Shown: piece by piece, positions 36,604 through 47,486 of the stretch | Layout: each line of letters begins with the position of its first letter | How positions within the stretch are numbered: position 1 is the stretch's first letter | IMG/VR virus record: IMGVR_UViG_3300026484_000053 | Coordinates: 64,001-128,000 of that record | Strand: one strand, 5' to 3' | Origin: a virus | Length of the DNA stretch: 64,000 bases | Made by a program: the position numbers and the translations under genes | The notes under the pieces: generated by a model | Databases searched by the model: none | Told to the model about the DNA's origin: nothing | Seen by the model: only the letters and a program-made list of their open reading frames with translations

Positions 36604-37322
36604 AAGTTCATAATGAATCTGTGCTTATACGCTACGCCAGTCTTACTAGCACTAGTCTTGTATTGCTCCCAACCGAACAGTACGTGGCCTTTCTTAGTTT
36701 TCCATTGTGGAAACTCCTTAACCCATACTATACTTTCATCATTAGTATCTTTAGCATATGCAAAGTTGTATGCAGTATTTCTTAGTAACCACAAGAACGT
36801 ACTCCATCCACTTATTGAGTAATCAGCTAAATCACCTTGGTCGAATACTCTACCGTATGCATTAGTCTCTTCTAACTTAGCTAAGTCTCTCTTGAATGCT
36901 TCTCTAACACCTGGTATTTTCAGTGTCCATTGTTCTTTCTCACCTTTTAGTACAGCTCCATTGAACCATGCACTCCAAGTTTCTTGAGTTGAATCATCAT
37001 CGAACCAACCCCATACGAAGAATGCTACATAGTATGTGGCTTTATTTACTGTACGTTTGTGGAAGTAACCTTGAGGTACTGACTTACTTGGATCGAACAG
37101 GTGATGCACTGGCTTAGTAAGTAGTATTTTAGTACCATCTTCTGATAGCTTTGGATTTCTCTGATTGAATCTCTTCACGAATCTATTGTTATCAAACCAA
37201 TAATTATATACTCTATTTCTAGCCCACTTTCTGAACGGTGATAGCAAATAGAACATCGGAATACCTATTAATTTACTTATTATGTCCCATAGAACTAACA
37301 CTGTGTAGTATACGTATTTCAT
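36600..37322 (-). CDS. Hypothetical protein with N-terminal transmembrane segment
   Basis: MKYVYYTVLVLWDIISKLIGIPMFYLL...; the ATG at 37322 overlaps the upstream stop (ATGA). Confidence 0.55.
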   Translation of the reverse strand: MKYVYYTVLVLWDIISKLIGIPMFYLLSPFRKWARNRVYNYWFDNNRFVKRFNQRNPKLSEDGTKILLTKPVHHLFDPSKSVPQGYFHKRTVNKATYYVAFFVWGWFDDDSTQETWSAWFNGAVLKGEKEQWTLKIPGVREAFKRDLAKLEETNAYGRVFDQGDLADYSISGWSTFLWLLRNTAYNFAYAKDTNDESIVWVKEFPQWKTKKGHVLFGWEQYKTSASKTGVAYKHRFIMNF

Positions 37323-37771
37323 GATGGTCTCCCTTCTACCCATAATCTACTCTGCTCAGCACCACTTAATGCTAATATAGCTTGTAGATCTAACTTAGTT
37401 AACTGTTCTACTGAATTATCGCTAGTTACCCAGTTTACCGTAGTCTCATCATCAGGTAGTGCATTAATTGCTCTACTCATTCGATCCTGGCTTTTCTCAT
37501 TACCTTGGAACGACGAACCGTTGAACTCTACTACTATATTATCTACTGCTGTAGCTCGTTCAATTTTCCATTCTTTAAGCCGTTCACCTAATTCACTAGC
37601 ATTTATTTTATCCATATCTGGTGTAGTATAATCTGTGTAGTATGCGTAGTAGTTACCTTCAGCATCTACTGCTATATCTTCAACTTGTTCATATCCATTG
37701 TCTATATGGAACTGTAATAGTTCCCCATTACCTAGGGTAGCTAGTACCCCATCTGTTATTTTAGCTATCAT
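37319..37771 (-). CDS. Tail fibre assembly/chaperone protein (DUF4376-like)
   Basis: FQGNEKSQDRM...W.TSDNS...LT..DL..I pattern; follows fibre 3. Confidence 0.75.
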   Translation of the reverse strand: MIAKITDGVLATLGNGELLQFHIDNGYEQVEDIAVDAEGNYYAYYTDYTTPDMDKINASELGERLKEWKIERATAVDNIVVEFNGSSFQGNEKSQDRMSRAINALPDDETTVNWVTSDNSVEQLTKLDLQAILALSGAEQSRLWVEGRPS

Positions 37772-37772
37772 C

Positions 37773-40667
37773 TTATTTACCTCCTATGTATGTTATGTTC
37801 AGTGCAGTACCACCATCGCTAATATTTCCGTGTAGTAAGTAATTATCAGAGTCAGCTAAAATAAGATTTACGTGAATAATGTCACCTTTCTTTAATTCAA
37901 GTGTTGTCGTTGTTGTAATTACCGGGTACTTAGCACCATCTTCAGCTTTATCTCTTGAAAAGCCTCCCATACTTTTAATAGACGAGCCGTTTAAGTAAAC
38001 AAGAGTACTAGTCCTACCTACGGTAGTACTTTTATGTCCAAATCTAAAGCGTACTGTTATTATGTAAGTACCGTCTTTTGCGCAAAGCCATAAACCGTTA
38101 GACAACGCATTATGAGTATCTATTGTTGTATCCCAGTTAACTATAGCAGGAGCAGTTAAGTTAGTAGTGCTACGTGCGTTAAGTATAGGTCTATCGATAA
38201 TTTTAACATCGCTAGCTTCAACGTCATTAACTACAATCGTATCAGCTTCCATAGTACCAATAACAGTATCAGCCAAGCTTCTATTATAATCAATATCAAC
38301 TGGTGTTTCACTTGCAACCATAACTGGATGCTTTAAGAACGCTGTTGGTTCTTGTAGTGTTCCTAGTGTTGGTTGTGTTTTGTAGACACTTATGTTGTCG
38401 AAGTATGCTGTGTCGTCATCTCCCGTACCATTCATTTTTAGGATTAACGCTTCCGTTTCATTTTGAGCAACAAATCTTAAATATCCGCTTTCAGATAGAT
38501 TATATCCTGAGATATTTAGTAAAGGATTAACTCCACCCATTGAAGCCTTAACTGTGTATTCTGCACCTATTTCTAGTGTTATATCCTGACTAGCAAAAGG
38601 ATAATCAGTATCATTAGCATTAACAGATAATTGGCCGTTAGACAAACTTAAATTAGCATCATTATTTGCAGTCCACCCGTCAATATCATCGGTAAAACTA
38701 TCTTCAAATATAGCGCCGCCAATAGTATCATATGATTTACCATCAATATTAACTAATCTATTATCATCAGCACTTGTTTTTGTATATAAACCATTCATAG
38801 GCTTCTTATCTTCAAATCTCCAAGTACCATCTGATTTTCTACCAACCCATTTAAGTCCATCACTAACGCCACTAAAATCAATAGTTCCAGTAAACTTTTC
38901 AGTTGAATGCACATACCCTTGACCATCAATACCATTAGTTGTTATAAATGTACCATTTACAATGTTTAGATTCGTGTCGTCAGTTGGTAAATTAAAGTAA
39001 GTATCGTCAGGCGTTGTTGTAGCATTTGTGTCTATGTATCCCATATATAGGTATTGCCCGTTTAGTGCGTTAGTTTGCTCAGATGTGGCAGATACTTCAA
39101 AATACCCATAAGGAAATTGGGATATAATTGCACTGTCAATTTCTGCTGCGGCTGCTAAATTCAAACTATACCCTTCTCCTTGCCTGGCACTGTCAAATAC
39201 TTTCCAATCACCAACATCATCAATCCTCTTAATAACAACATCTCTTAACTTAACCTCTTTACCATTAACATCTTTAGTAACAATCTTATTACCAGCACTA
39301 CCTGTACCAATATAAGTACCTATTGTAAATGTTTCTGATTTACATTTGTAATACATCATTATCACCGAATCTGCTATATTTTCTGCACCTGACTGTGGTA
39401 CAGCTATGCTTGTCTCAGATACAGTGTACCTTTTGTTTGCTGGGTTAAGTAGTTTGTTGTCCACATTAGCTTCTAGATAGCCATATTCTCTGTAACTTGC
39501 GAGCCAAGACCTATCGTCATTTAAACTTTTACTCACCCAGTAACCCAACTCAACCCCAGCACTATGACTAATCTGATGTCCAGCAATACCACTTCCAAGA
39601 TACATTATCATACCTTCTTTAGTAACAGGATTGTATGCTTCTACATAGAATTTATTATGTGAAGTCATTCCCCATTTGATATGAGTATATAGTGTTTGGT
39701 ATAGTACATATGTTTCTGCGTCTGCATTTACACTTGTGTCATTATCGTAAACAACCGTAACACCAGAAGCAGTAAACTCGCTTACTTTGTCAGGGTTTGA
39801 ATTTTCAGCAGCAATTGTGTCTGTAAAGATTCTTTTATCTATCCCTCTCAGTCCATCGATAACTCCATTAGAGTTATCTGCACTTTGAATCTTGTAACGA
39901 ACCTTACTAGTATTAGCAACACAGCTACCACTTCCATTACCAGCTACGGGCAATATCGATAGGTTACTAAATGTAGCTGTAGCATCGTCTTCAGGACTAT
40001 ACATTGAACAATATACATCAATACCAGCGTCTTCTGTTAAGGTAAACACTCCGCCTATAGTCCCATTAATGTAAGAAGAATTTACTATTATTCCCTCCGA
40101 ACCTGTACCTTCTAAGTTGGCATACATCATAGGAGATGTGCCTGCAGCCTCCACACTAAGGAAGTATGACCCAGCCGATAGCTGTATAGTTTCTATAGCG
40201 TATGGATAATCAGAATCATCAGCGTTAACACTCAAGACACCTCCGTTTACACTTAAGTTAGCATCATTTACAGCAGTCCAGTTACTAACATCACTTGTGT
40301 CATTACTAGAGTCTATCAAATCAACAGCATCATCAGCAATAACTGCAAATCCACTACCTACTCTTTTATTATAAAAGCCACTTCCATTATTTGGTTGAGT
40401 AAAGTCAACTGAACTAATTCCAGTAGCTATCTCCTGAGTATCTCCATTACCAGTATAAGTAACTACAGCATGGTTCTTAGTCTTTGAAAATCCGTCTATA
40501 CTCGAAGAGCTAGAATTCATAAGAACGTTAGTAACACTCATATTAGGAATCTTACCCTCAACCTTTTGTAATTCAGTTTGAGTAGCAACATCAAAATTAA
40601 GATTTCCAGTACTTACTACGTTATTTTGTACTTTATCTATACCAGTACTTCCCGTTATTTTAGTCAT
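37773..40667 (-). CDS. Tail fibre/receptor-binding protein 3 with fused C-terminal C1q domain
   Basis: Shares blocks with fibres 1 and 2; ends DRPILNA...GLWLCAKDGTY...LNITYIG. Confidence 0.75.
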   Translation of the reverse strand: MTKITGSTGIDKVQNNVVSTGNLNFDVATQTELQKVEGKIPNMSVTNVLMNSSSSSIDGFSKTKNHAVVTYTGNGDTQEIATGISSVDFTQPNNGSGFYNKRVGSGFAVIADDAVDLIDSSNDTSDVSNWTAVNDANLSVNGGVLSVNADDSDYPYAIETIQLSAGSYFLSVEAAGTSPMMYANLEGTGSEGIIVNSSYINGTIGGVFTLTEDAGIDVYCSMYSPEDDATATFSNLSILPVAGNGSGSCVANTSKVRYKIQSADNSNGVIDGLRGIDKRIFTDTIAAENSNPDKVSEFTASGVTVVYDNDTSVNADAETYVLYQTLYTHIKWGMTSHNKFYVEAYNPVTKEGMIMYLGSGIAGHQISHSAGVELGYWVSKSLNDDRSWLASYREYGYLEANVDNKLLNPANKRYTVSETSIAVPQSGAENIADSVIMMYYKCKSETFTIGTYIGTGSAGNKIVTKDVNGKEVKLRDVVIKRIDDVGDWKVFDSARQGEGYSLNLAAAAEIDSAIISQFPYGYFEVSATSEQTNALNGQYLYMGYIDTNATTTPDDTYFNLPTDDTNLNIVNGTFITTNGIDGQGYVHSTEKFTGTIDFSGVSDGLKWVGRKSDGTWRFEDKKPMNGLYTKTSADDNRLVNIDGKSYDTIGGAIFEDSFTDDIDGWTANNDANLSLSNGQLSVNANDTDYPFASQDITLEIGAEYTVKASMGGVNPLLNISGYNLSESGYLRFVAQNETEALILKMNGTGDDDTAYFDNISVYKTQPTLGTLQEPTAFLKHPVMVASETPVDIDYNRSLADTVIGTMEADTIVVNDVEASDVKIIDRPILNARSTTNLTAPAIVNWDTTIDTHNALSNGLWLCAKDGTYIITVRFRFGHKSTTVGRTSTLVYLNGSSIKSMGGFSRDKAEDGAKYPVITTTTTLELKKGDIIHVNLILADSDNYLLHGNISDGGTALNITYIGGK

Positions 40668-40682
40668 TTAAACTCCTTTATT

Positions 40683-41300
40683 TTAAACTATAACCCAGTT
40701 ACTTCCATCAGGAATTGTAACAGTTACGCCATCGTTAATTGTAATATCTCCAGCACTTACAGCATTACTACCTGGTGGTATTTCAACATCTGTATCTACA
40801 ATATTTGTATGAATTAACATACCTGGAGCCGAACTTCCACCACCTGAACCTGAACTTACAATAACAAGTTCAGTAGCACTTATAGCTATACCTACTTGGG
40901 GTGCAAACTCATCAAGTCCAATCCCACCTGGAACATCGTCACTAAGGTAATACGGACTACCAACTGTAAAATCAGCTCCTTGCACTTCAACTCTTCCTGC
41001 TGGAATTAAGAAATGCTCAGAGTTTATTACTTTATACATTCCAATAGTTTTGTTTCTTAGTTTGTCTTTACCTACAGTTAATCCGTAAGTTCCGTCTGGG
41101 TTAACATACAGAAAGTCATTCTCTTGTACATCGCCAGGAAGTTTAGATTGGTCTATTTTCATAGATACAGCAGGTATACCAGAAGCGTCTTGTAACGTTC
41201 CAGCATCAATCATTTGTACTATTTCTTTTAGAGCTCTGTTAAAATTAACTGCGTCAGGTGCTTCACCGTTTTGCAGCCAATTAATACTATCTACTAACAT
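40683..41300 (-). CDS. Baseplate/fibre-associated structural protein
   Basis: C-terminal NAVSAGDITINDGVTVTIPDGSNWVIV motif is typical of phage fibre-base proteins. Confidence 0.55.
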   Translation of the reverse strand: MLVDSINWLQNGEAPDAVNFNRALKEIVQMIDAGTLQDASGIPAVSMKIDQSKLPGDVQENDFLYVNPDGTYGLTVGKDKLRNKTIGMYKVINSEHFLIPAGRVEVQGADFTVGSPYYLSDDVPGGIGLDEFAPQVGIAISATELVIVSSGSGGGSSAPGMLIHTNIVDTDVEIPPGSNAVSAGDITINDGVTVTIPDGSNWVIV

Positions 41301-41343
41301 TATACTCTCCTATTTTAATTTTATTTATCATATATTTGTATGT

Positions 41344-42009
41344 CTAAACAGAAATAGACCATTTAATAACTAATTTTGATGACTGGTCTTTAACTCTTGA
41401 ACTCATCGTTTTCATACTAAATATTCTAGGTCCAGCGTATAATGCAGCTTCTGTATAAGCAATAGTACTTGCACCGTCGTTACCATTAGACGCAACTTCA
41501 GGTACTTCTACTGTATATGTTACTTTTCTACCAAGCATAGATATTTGAACAGGTATTTTAGCATTTTCAGCATCGTTTTCTGTACCATCTTGATTTTCTT
41601 TATTTCCAATAGCACTCAAATTAAGCGTACCGTTATTCCACTGAACAGGATCTCCATTAACGTCTACTGGATTATGAACATCCCAAGATATAGTATAAAA
41701 GAAACTTCCATCAGCTTCACTATAAAGGCTTGTTTTACTTGGTATAAAGCCATTACTACCTGGTTGAGTAGGACTAAGAATATCTCCACTTACTGTATTA
41801 TGACCTCTAGTACCTATTTTTAGTTTACTAATTACCACACCTGTGGTAAAACCAGCAATGATTTCTGCCATGTCTTCTCTGGCACTATCCATAATCATAT
41901 TATCTTCTTCGTAAGAGTCTATTAGAACTCCGTCTTTATATACGTCAGCTTTAAAGTGCCCTTTAAGCGCTCTTCCTGCGTGATCTTCGAATTGTTTTGA
42001 ACTTTTCAC
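41344..42009 (-). CDS. Baseplate wedge/fibre attachment protein
   Basis: NMIMDSARE, KLKIGT, YTEAALY, FSMKT...K.....VIKWSI; lies in the baseplate operon. Confidence 0.55.
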   Translation of the reverse strand: MKSSKQFEDHAGRALKGHFKADVYKDGVLIDSYEEDNMIMDSAREDMAEIIAGFTTGVVISKLKIGTRGHNTVSGDILSPTQPGSNGFIPSKTSLYSEADGSFFYTISWDVHNPVDVNGDPVQWNNGTLNLSAIGNKENQDGTENDAENAKIPVQISMLGRKVTYTVEVPEVASNGNDGASTIAYTEAALYAGPRIFSMKTMSSRVKDQSSKLVIKWSISV

Positions 42010-42030
42010 TTAGATCTCCTATTTTAGATT

Positions 42031-42038
42031 TATTTATA
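42031..42038 (-). promoter_or_regulatory. T4-type late promoter
   Basis: TATAAATA on the minus strand with an AGGAG RBS before 42009. Confidence 0.7.
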
Positions 42039-42057
42039 ACGAATCGTTACACAGCAG

Positions 42058-42107
42058 TGCTTTATACTGCTTTATACTGCTTTATACTGCTTTATACTGC
42101 TCTATAC
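42058..42107. repeat. 10-bp tandem repeat (tgctttatac x5)
   Basis: Directly visible, intergenic. Confidence 0.9.
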
Positions 42108-42111
42108 AACA

Positions 42112-44019
42112 TTATGCTAGTTTACTAACACCATTATCATTTAGTTTTACACCGTCTTCATAAACGTCAATATACATTAAATCTTCACCAGCGCTTGAAT
42201 TCATTGCATCTCCATAATTAGTAATTTGATACTTTATACCTGTAAGTTCTACCCATATCTTATCTGTACCACTAAGAATGCCACATAAATTGCTCATGTA
42301 ATCTTCTTTATTAATATTCGTACTAAATCCAATAGGCGGCACGTCTATAACCTCTCCAGTTTCGTATACAGTAAAAGTAGTGTCTCCAATACTATAAAGA
42401 GCTCTAACTACTTCTGCTCCGAATGGATCAAAATTATAACTATCCACAAAAGAATACTCTTCCATAGCTATTCCATCACTGTATAATATATTATCTTGGT
42501 TATTCGCTATTTCTTGAGCAGTAAATGTCTCGTTATATCGTTGCGTTCTAGCATCGAAATCTTTTCCTATATGGAACGATGCGTCTGTATCTCCAATAAC
42601 TTGATATTTGTTATACGCGTCTCTGTCTGGATCGAACGATGGCTCTCCGATAAACCATCCATTACTTACTGTAGTTAATTCTCTCTGAAAATAATCTATG
42701 CTTTCATCTTCAATATCAGTAGTTTCTTCGTCGCTTATAACTATTGTTTCTAATACTTGCACGTTGTATTGTAAAGTATCTGTACTTGGAAGTGTTTTTA
42801 TAAGTCTACCATTATATGCTCTAGATCTTTCTAGTATCTCTTCAGACGTTATTGTTCTTCTTTCATAATATTTCTTGTCGTTGTTATCAAGAGGTATATC
42901 TCCACCAAGATCTATTTCTATCGAGCTATAATACCATTCTTCAGACGAATCTCCAAATATTTGAAACATCACAAGTAAGTTTCTATCATCATTAAGACTA
43001 TACTGTCTGTATTTTATATAATCAGTACTTCCGTTAGTGTTTAAACTTGTTTCATCAATAACACCATCATTAACGTCACTTAATTTAACATTAGATACTT
43101 CTATATTAGTAAAGTCATAAAATCTAACCTTATTTTCATAATCTTTAACTATTTGAACTAATGTAGGCTCTTCCTGATATTGAACTAATATGCTGACATT
43201 CTTAGATCCTTTTACATCATATTCTTCGTATTTTATAGCTTCTCCACCGTCTAGTAAGTCTATTACAGTTTTAGCTCCATTCTCTACGTTATATGATGTA
43301 TGAGTAAGAACATCTACCTTCTTTGTAATTTCAACACTATAGAAATCTTCGAATATAGCCGTAACAAGTTTGTAAAATAAGTAATCAAATCCTAGTGGGT
43401 GAGCTAATGGTTTAACTGCCTCGTCAAATACTTCCTTATAGATACTACTTTCTACTCTATAAGAAAACGGTTCGTTAGGATCTAGTTCAGTACCTTCAAG
43501 TACGTTAAGGAAATCACCCTCAGAAACATCCTGAAGTTGTGCCTTGTTTACAAGGTCGAATATATAATAGAACGCTGCTGCAGTACCTTTCTTTTGTTTG
43601 TAATCTTTATTAGAGTTAATATAAGAACTATCAAGCACTTCCTGTAACTTGTTATCCATAACAATATCGTTAACAGGTAAATCAAGTATCTCGTATATCT
43701 TTTTAAACTTATTAAATACAACTTCAGATGATTGAACATTATCAAATGTTCTAACTATCTCTTGTAAGTACATATCAAGTACTTCTTTTTTAGCGTCTCT
43801 ATATCTTACATCATTAGTTTCTTCATATTTGTAATTTAAGAAGTCTAAATCTCTAACTTCGTTAGGATAAGCACTAAGATATGAAGAGTCTTTCATATAA
43901 TCCATATAAATTTCAAGTAAAGAGTTTACCTTCTCGTTTTCTCTTATACTGTCAGGAACTAACTTCATGAACAGATCTGATATTTCTTGCGGTGATAATT
44001 TTATTTCTGAATTTGTCAT
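42112..44019 (-). CDS. gp7: Baseplate wedge protein gp7-like
   Basis: KGT..AF.YIF, FSYRVESSI, VKPLAHPLGF (HPxG); follows gp6. Confidence 0.7.
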   Translation of the reverse strand: MTNSEIKLSPQEISDLFMKLVPDSIRENEKVNSLLEIYMDYMKDSSYLSAYPNEVRDLDFLNYKYEETNDVRYRDAKKEVLDMYLQEIVRTFDNVQSSEVVFNKFKKIYEILDLPVNDIVMDNKLQEVLDSSYINSNKDYKQKKGTAAAFYYIFDLVNKAQLQDVSEGDFLNVLEGTELDPNEPFSYRVESSIYKEVFDEAVKPLAHPLGFDYLFYKLVTAIFEDFYSVEITKKVDVLTHTSYNVENGAKTVIDLLDGGEAIKYEEYDVKGSKNVSILVQYQEEPTLVQIVKDYENKVRFYDFTNIEVSNVKLSDVNDGVIDETSLNTNGSTDYIKYRQYSLNDDRNLLVMFQIFGDSSEEWYYSSIEIDLGGDIPLDNNDKKYYERRTITSEEILERSRAYNGRLIKTLPSTDTLQYNVQVLETIVISDEETTDIEDESIDYFQRELTTVSNGWFIGEPSFDPDRDAYNKYQVIGDTDASFHIGKDFDARTQRYNETFTAQEIANNQDNILYSDGIAMEEYSFVDSYNFDPFGAEVVRALYSIGDTTFTVYETGEVIDVPPIGFSTNINKEDYMSNLCGILSGTDKIWVELTGIKYQITNYGDAMNSSAGEDLMYIDVYEDGVKLNDNGVSKLA

Positions 44020-44028
44020 CTTATTTCC

Positions 44029-47000
44029 TTATATTTGATCTGTAAATACAACTGACTTTAGTCTCGCAAACGAAGTTCGTTTTAAGTTAATGTTATCATT
44101 TTTAGCGTTTATATTAAGTATTCTAGTAGTTTCTAACATGTTAGTAGGTATAGGCTGTATACCAGTATCGTTAGCGTAACTTTTAAACACTGGCTTGTCT
44201 ATACCAGTACCGTCTTGTATATATTCTTTAACTTCTTTAAAGTTGTCTTGCGTAGAAGTATATATTTTAAAAGAAACAATTGCCTCATTAACGTATATAA
44301 TATAATCACCTATTTTTACAGTGTCTTCATACGCAGGTAATTGAACTAACTCTCCGTCTTGCATACCTTGCGCATCGTCTCTAATAAAAGTATACATTAC
44401 GGGTATTTTAATAATAACTGAGTTAGAATCGACTACACTAGTTTGATTACCAACGTAATTAAATCCTATCTTATTATCAAAGTCTAAAAATATCTTATCT
44501 CCATTTGTAAAACAGTCATTAGCACTTAGATTGTAAACTAATTCTTGTCTAAAATCACCTACTTGCTCAATTTCACCTTTTTCATTGTAAATTAGAGGAG
44601 TGAATAAACTTTCAGTTGGAAGACCAAAGAATATCTCGTAATCAAGTACTCCATTTGGTAATCCGTTAGTGTGTATAACATTAAAATTATCTTTGTTAAA
44701 CGACGCATTAACTGTAACTGACATATCAAATCCAACTGTATCTCTAACTTCTTTATCAATGTATTTTATCATAGTAGAGTTAAAGAAAGTACTATCGAAT
44801 ACCTCTATAGAACCGTTAAAATATTCTTTAATTACGTTAAACACCTTAATGTTAGACTCTGTTATCGTTTCACCTCTATTTCTATTAAGTAAGTTCAGCT
44901 TAATAGAATAATCAATATAAACTGGATTTTTATGTTTAAGCTGTATAGTAATAACTTTATATCCGTTAAGAATATTAAACAGACTATTCTTCTCGTCGCC
45001 ACTTATTTGCGATTCTGGTAAGTAAAAATATTCTCTTTCATTAGAGTTGTTTAAAGTAAATTCATTAGCATTTTTAACACTAAATCCAGTTTTTCTTGAG
45101 TTAGGAGTTATACTAAAGAAAACATGACCAAGTTCTTTTTGCGGTACTTGCTCTTCTCCACCCCATATTTGCGCCTTTTCAACGAATGATTGTTTATTAC
45201 AAATAGTAACATAATCATTCTTAGTAACTGCTCTATTAGCTGTATTGTTAAATAACGGCGCAAATTCTCTAATTTCTTCATCACCTTCTTCGTCAGCTCC
45301 AATAACATTAGTTACTACATTAATACCATCACTGAACTGTACAGCTTCAAAACTATCAAATTCTGGAGTTATAAGTGACTCGGTATTACCTAAAGCACCA
45401 GAAGATCGTAATATATTAAATCTAAAATACATGTTTGACTCATATTTAGTTCCACTTCCTGCGTATCTAGAATATACTTTTAAGTATTCTGGAAAGTCTA
45501 AATCTTGAAGAACTACATACGTGGCGTCTTCACCTTGGGATTTTTCAGCTATAAGGAAATCTCTTTTAGTCCATAACTTATTTTCTTCAATATCTCCGTT
45601 TGGTAATGTTCTAGTAACAAACATCTCAACTCCGTTATCTTCAACGTCTTTAGAGTCTATAAGTATAAACTGATCTTTTAGTATTTTAGGTGAAGATGCT
45701 TTATTGTACTTAGGAAATTCAACGTCGCCGTCTTGAAAATCTGTGTACTTACTTACTGTACCTTCTTGAACTATTAATTCAATAGTTTTCTTTTCTTGTA
45801 CGTCCTTTATTAATGAGAATACAGTGTTTTTATCGAAAGCGCTATAAGTAACTTCTCCGTCTACTATAGTTGTAGTACACTTAGATATTCTATTAGTTTT
45901 AGTACTAGAGAAGATAACGTCCATTTCAACACCGTCTACATCATTGATAGTACTAGAATCAGTTATATCGAATAATAGTACACCTGTTTCAGCGTCGAAG
46001 TTAATACATGTAAATCCATCAAACGTATCGCTGTGCTTGATATCGTCACTAAAGAATTTATGTATAAGCGTACCGTCTGCATTTTTATCGCTTTTATAAG
46101 TAACTCTTACTTGAGTATCGTTATCAAGAGCTAAACTAGTGCAGTCTATACCTCTTTCATCTCCTGCCAATTCACCGTCTACAGGAGCTACTATAGAGTT
46201 AATATCTGCTTGAACATAATTAGTACCGTCATAAACTTCGAATAACTGCACGTTTTTAATCCTACCTTGAACAACTACTTTATTGTCCTGAACTAGAAGT
46301 TCTTCTGTAGAAGTATCGCATACAGGAAATTCAAGACCTTCAGTCGGTTCGATCTGAATTTTAAACTCGGTACCATCATTATCTATTTTAGTAGCATTAA
46401 CTATACCATTTAATACATAATTGCCACTTATATCGAAATCAGAGCTTTTTGTGTATAAAGAAGTTTGTACAGTTCCACCTTTAACTACTTCACCGTCTAT
46501 AGTTTTAACAAGGAATTTTTGGTTATCTATTTCATCTATCTTTCTTAGAACTTGCAATAACGCACCGTCTTCTGTTCTTAAATAATCTTCTACATTACAA
46601 GATTGGAATTCATTAGTACCATTAAGAGAGTTGTTATATTCGTTATTCAGCATCTCAACATTTATAAACGAACCATAATCTCCCTGCAAGTCTTCGCCAA
46701 GATAAACATAATCCTTACCTTCACTTTTAAACTTACTATATTTTGATATTATTACATTACCTTCATCTTTAGACTTAAGTCTAATTTTATACTGGTAAGA
46801 TACTTTTCTTTTAGGATTATAAGACAATTCGAACGCATGTTTTCTAATGTTAGTACTATCTTTAGCTTGCGTTATAAACGATTCGTTTAGACCATGAGTA
46901 ACATTTATATTATTCATGGCTGCGTTATAAGCTAGCATGTTTATCATTTGCGATATATTAGATCCTTCGTATTGCGCATCGTCAAGACCATATACTTCTT

Positions 47001-47061
47001 GAGCTTGTAATCTAAGCTCAGCCTTTATTTCCTCTACTTTATAAGGTATAATGTTTATCAT
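44029..47061 (-). CDS. gp6: Baseplate wedge protein gp6 (1010 aa, with insertion)
   Basis: YEGSNISQMINMLAYN, ESFITQA, LSYNPKRK, GA.EE.DEEIR.FAP, NRAVTKNDY, WGGEE. Confidence 0.92.
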   Translation of the reverse strand: MINIIPYKVEEIKAELRLQAQEVYGLDDAQYEGSNISQMINMLAYNAAMNNINVTHGLNESFITQAKDSTNIRKHAFELSYNPKRKVSYQYKIRLKSKDEGNVIISKYSKFKSEGKDYVYLGEDLQGDYGSFINVEMLNNEYNNSLNGTNEFQSCNVEDYLRTEDGALLQVLRKIDEIDNQKFLVKTIDGEVVKGGTVQTSLYTKSSDFDISGNYVLNGIVNATKIDNDGTEFKIQIEPTEGLEFPVCDTSTEELLVQDNKVVVQGRIKNVQLFEVYDGTNYVQADINSIVAPVDGELAGDERGIDCTSLALDNDTQVRVTYKSDKNADGTLIHKFFSDDIKHSDTFDGFTCINFDAETGVLLFDITDSSTINDVDGVEMDVIFSSTKTNRISKCTTTIVDGEVTYSAFDKNTVFSLIKDVQEKKTIELIVQEGTVSKYTDFQDGDVEFPKYNKASSPKILKDQFILIDSKDVEDNGVEMFVTRTLPNGDIEENKLWTKRDFLIAEKSQGEDATYVVLQDLDFPEYLKVYSRYAGSGTKYESNMYFRFNILRSSGALGNTESLITPEFDSFEAVQFSDGINVVTNVIGADEEGDEEIREFAPLFNNTANRAVTKNDYVTICNKQSFVEKAQIWGGEEQVPQKELGHVFFSITPNSRKTGFSVKNANEFTLNNSNEREYFYLPESQISGDEKNSLFNILNGYKVITIQLKHKNPVYIDYSIKLNLLNRNRGETITESNIKVFNVIKEYFNGSIEVFDSTFFNSTMIKYIDKEVRDTVGFDMSVTVNASFNKDNFNVIHTNGLPNGVLDYEIFFGLPTESLFTPLIYNEKGEIEQVGDFRQELVYNLSANDCFTNGDKIFLDFDNKIGFNYVGNQTSVVDSNSVIIKIPVMYTFIRDDAQGMQDGELVQLPAYEDTVKIGDYIIYVNEAIVSFKIYTSTQDNFKEVKEYIQDGTGIDKPVFKSYANDTGIQPIPTNMLETTRILNINAKNDNINLKRTSFARLKSVVFTDQI

Positions 47062-47085
47062 TTATTTCTCCGTTTGGATTTTCTG

Positions 47086-47445
47086 TTATTGGAATACTAT
47101 GTTTGTTGTATGTACGTCGTCGAATTCTTTAATGTTGTAATCTATCTTAATGCTTACTCTATTATAATCTGAATCTTCAGTAGCAACTATTTGTTCTATT
47201 TGGATTCTTTTCTCGTACTTTTTAAGTTGTTCTCTAATTTCTTCTTCTATAAGTGTTAATATAAGTGGATTTATAGTTTCAAACAAAAATCTACGTAAGT
47301 TACAACCAAAATCAGGTTCACCAGGTACTGTACCTCTTTCTGTCATAACTATGTTTCGTATAGCATTATCTACGGCACTATAGTTAGTATTATTAGGTAC
47401 TAAAGCACCTTTAGACTCTATTCTAGAACTTACATCAATATACAT
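47086..47445 (-). CDS. gp25: Baseplate wedge protein gp25
   Basis: AV.NAIRNIVMT.RG.VP.EPDFGC.L...LFE. Confidence 0.92.
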   Translation of the reverse strand: MYIDVSSRIESKGALVPNNTNYSAVDNAIRNIVMTERGTVPGEPDFGCNLRRFLFETINPLILTLIEEEIREQLKKYEKRIQIEQIVATEDSDYNRVSIKIDYNIKEFDDVHTTNIVFQ

Positions 47446-47465
47446 AGATACTCCTCATTTGTTAA

Positions 47466-47473
47466 TATTTATA
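47466..47473 (-). promoter_or_regulatory. T4-type late promoter
   Basis: TATAAATA on the minus strand upstream of gp25. Confidence 0.75.
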
Positions 47474-47486
47474 ATAAAGTATACGT

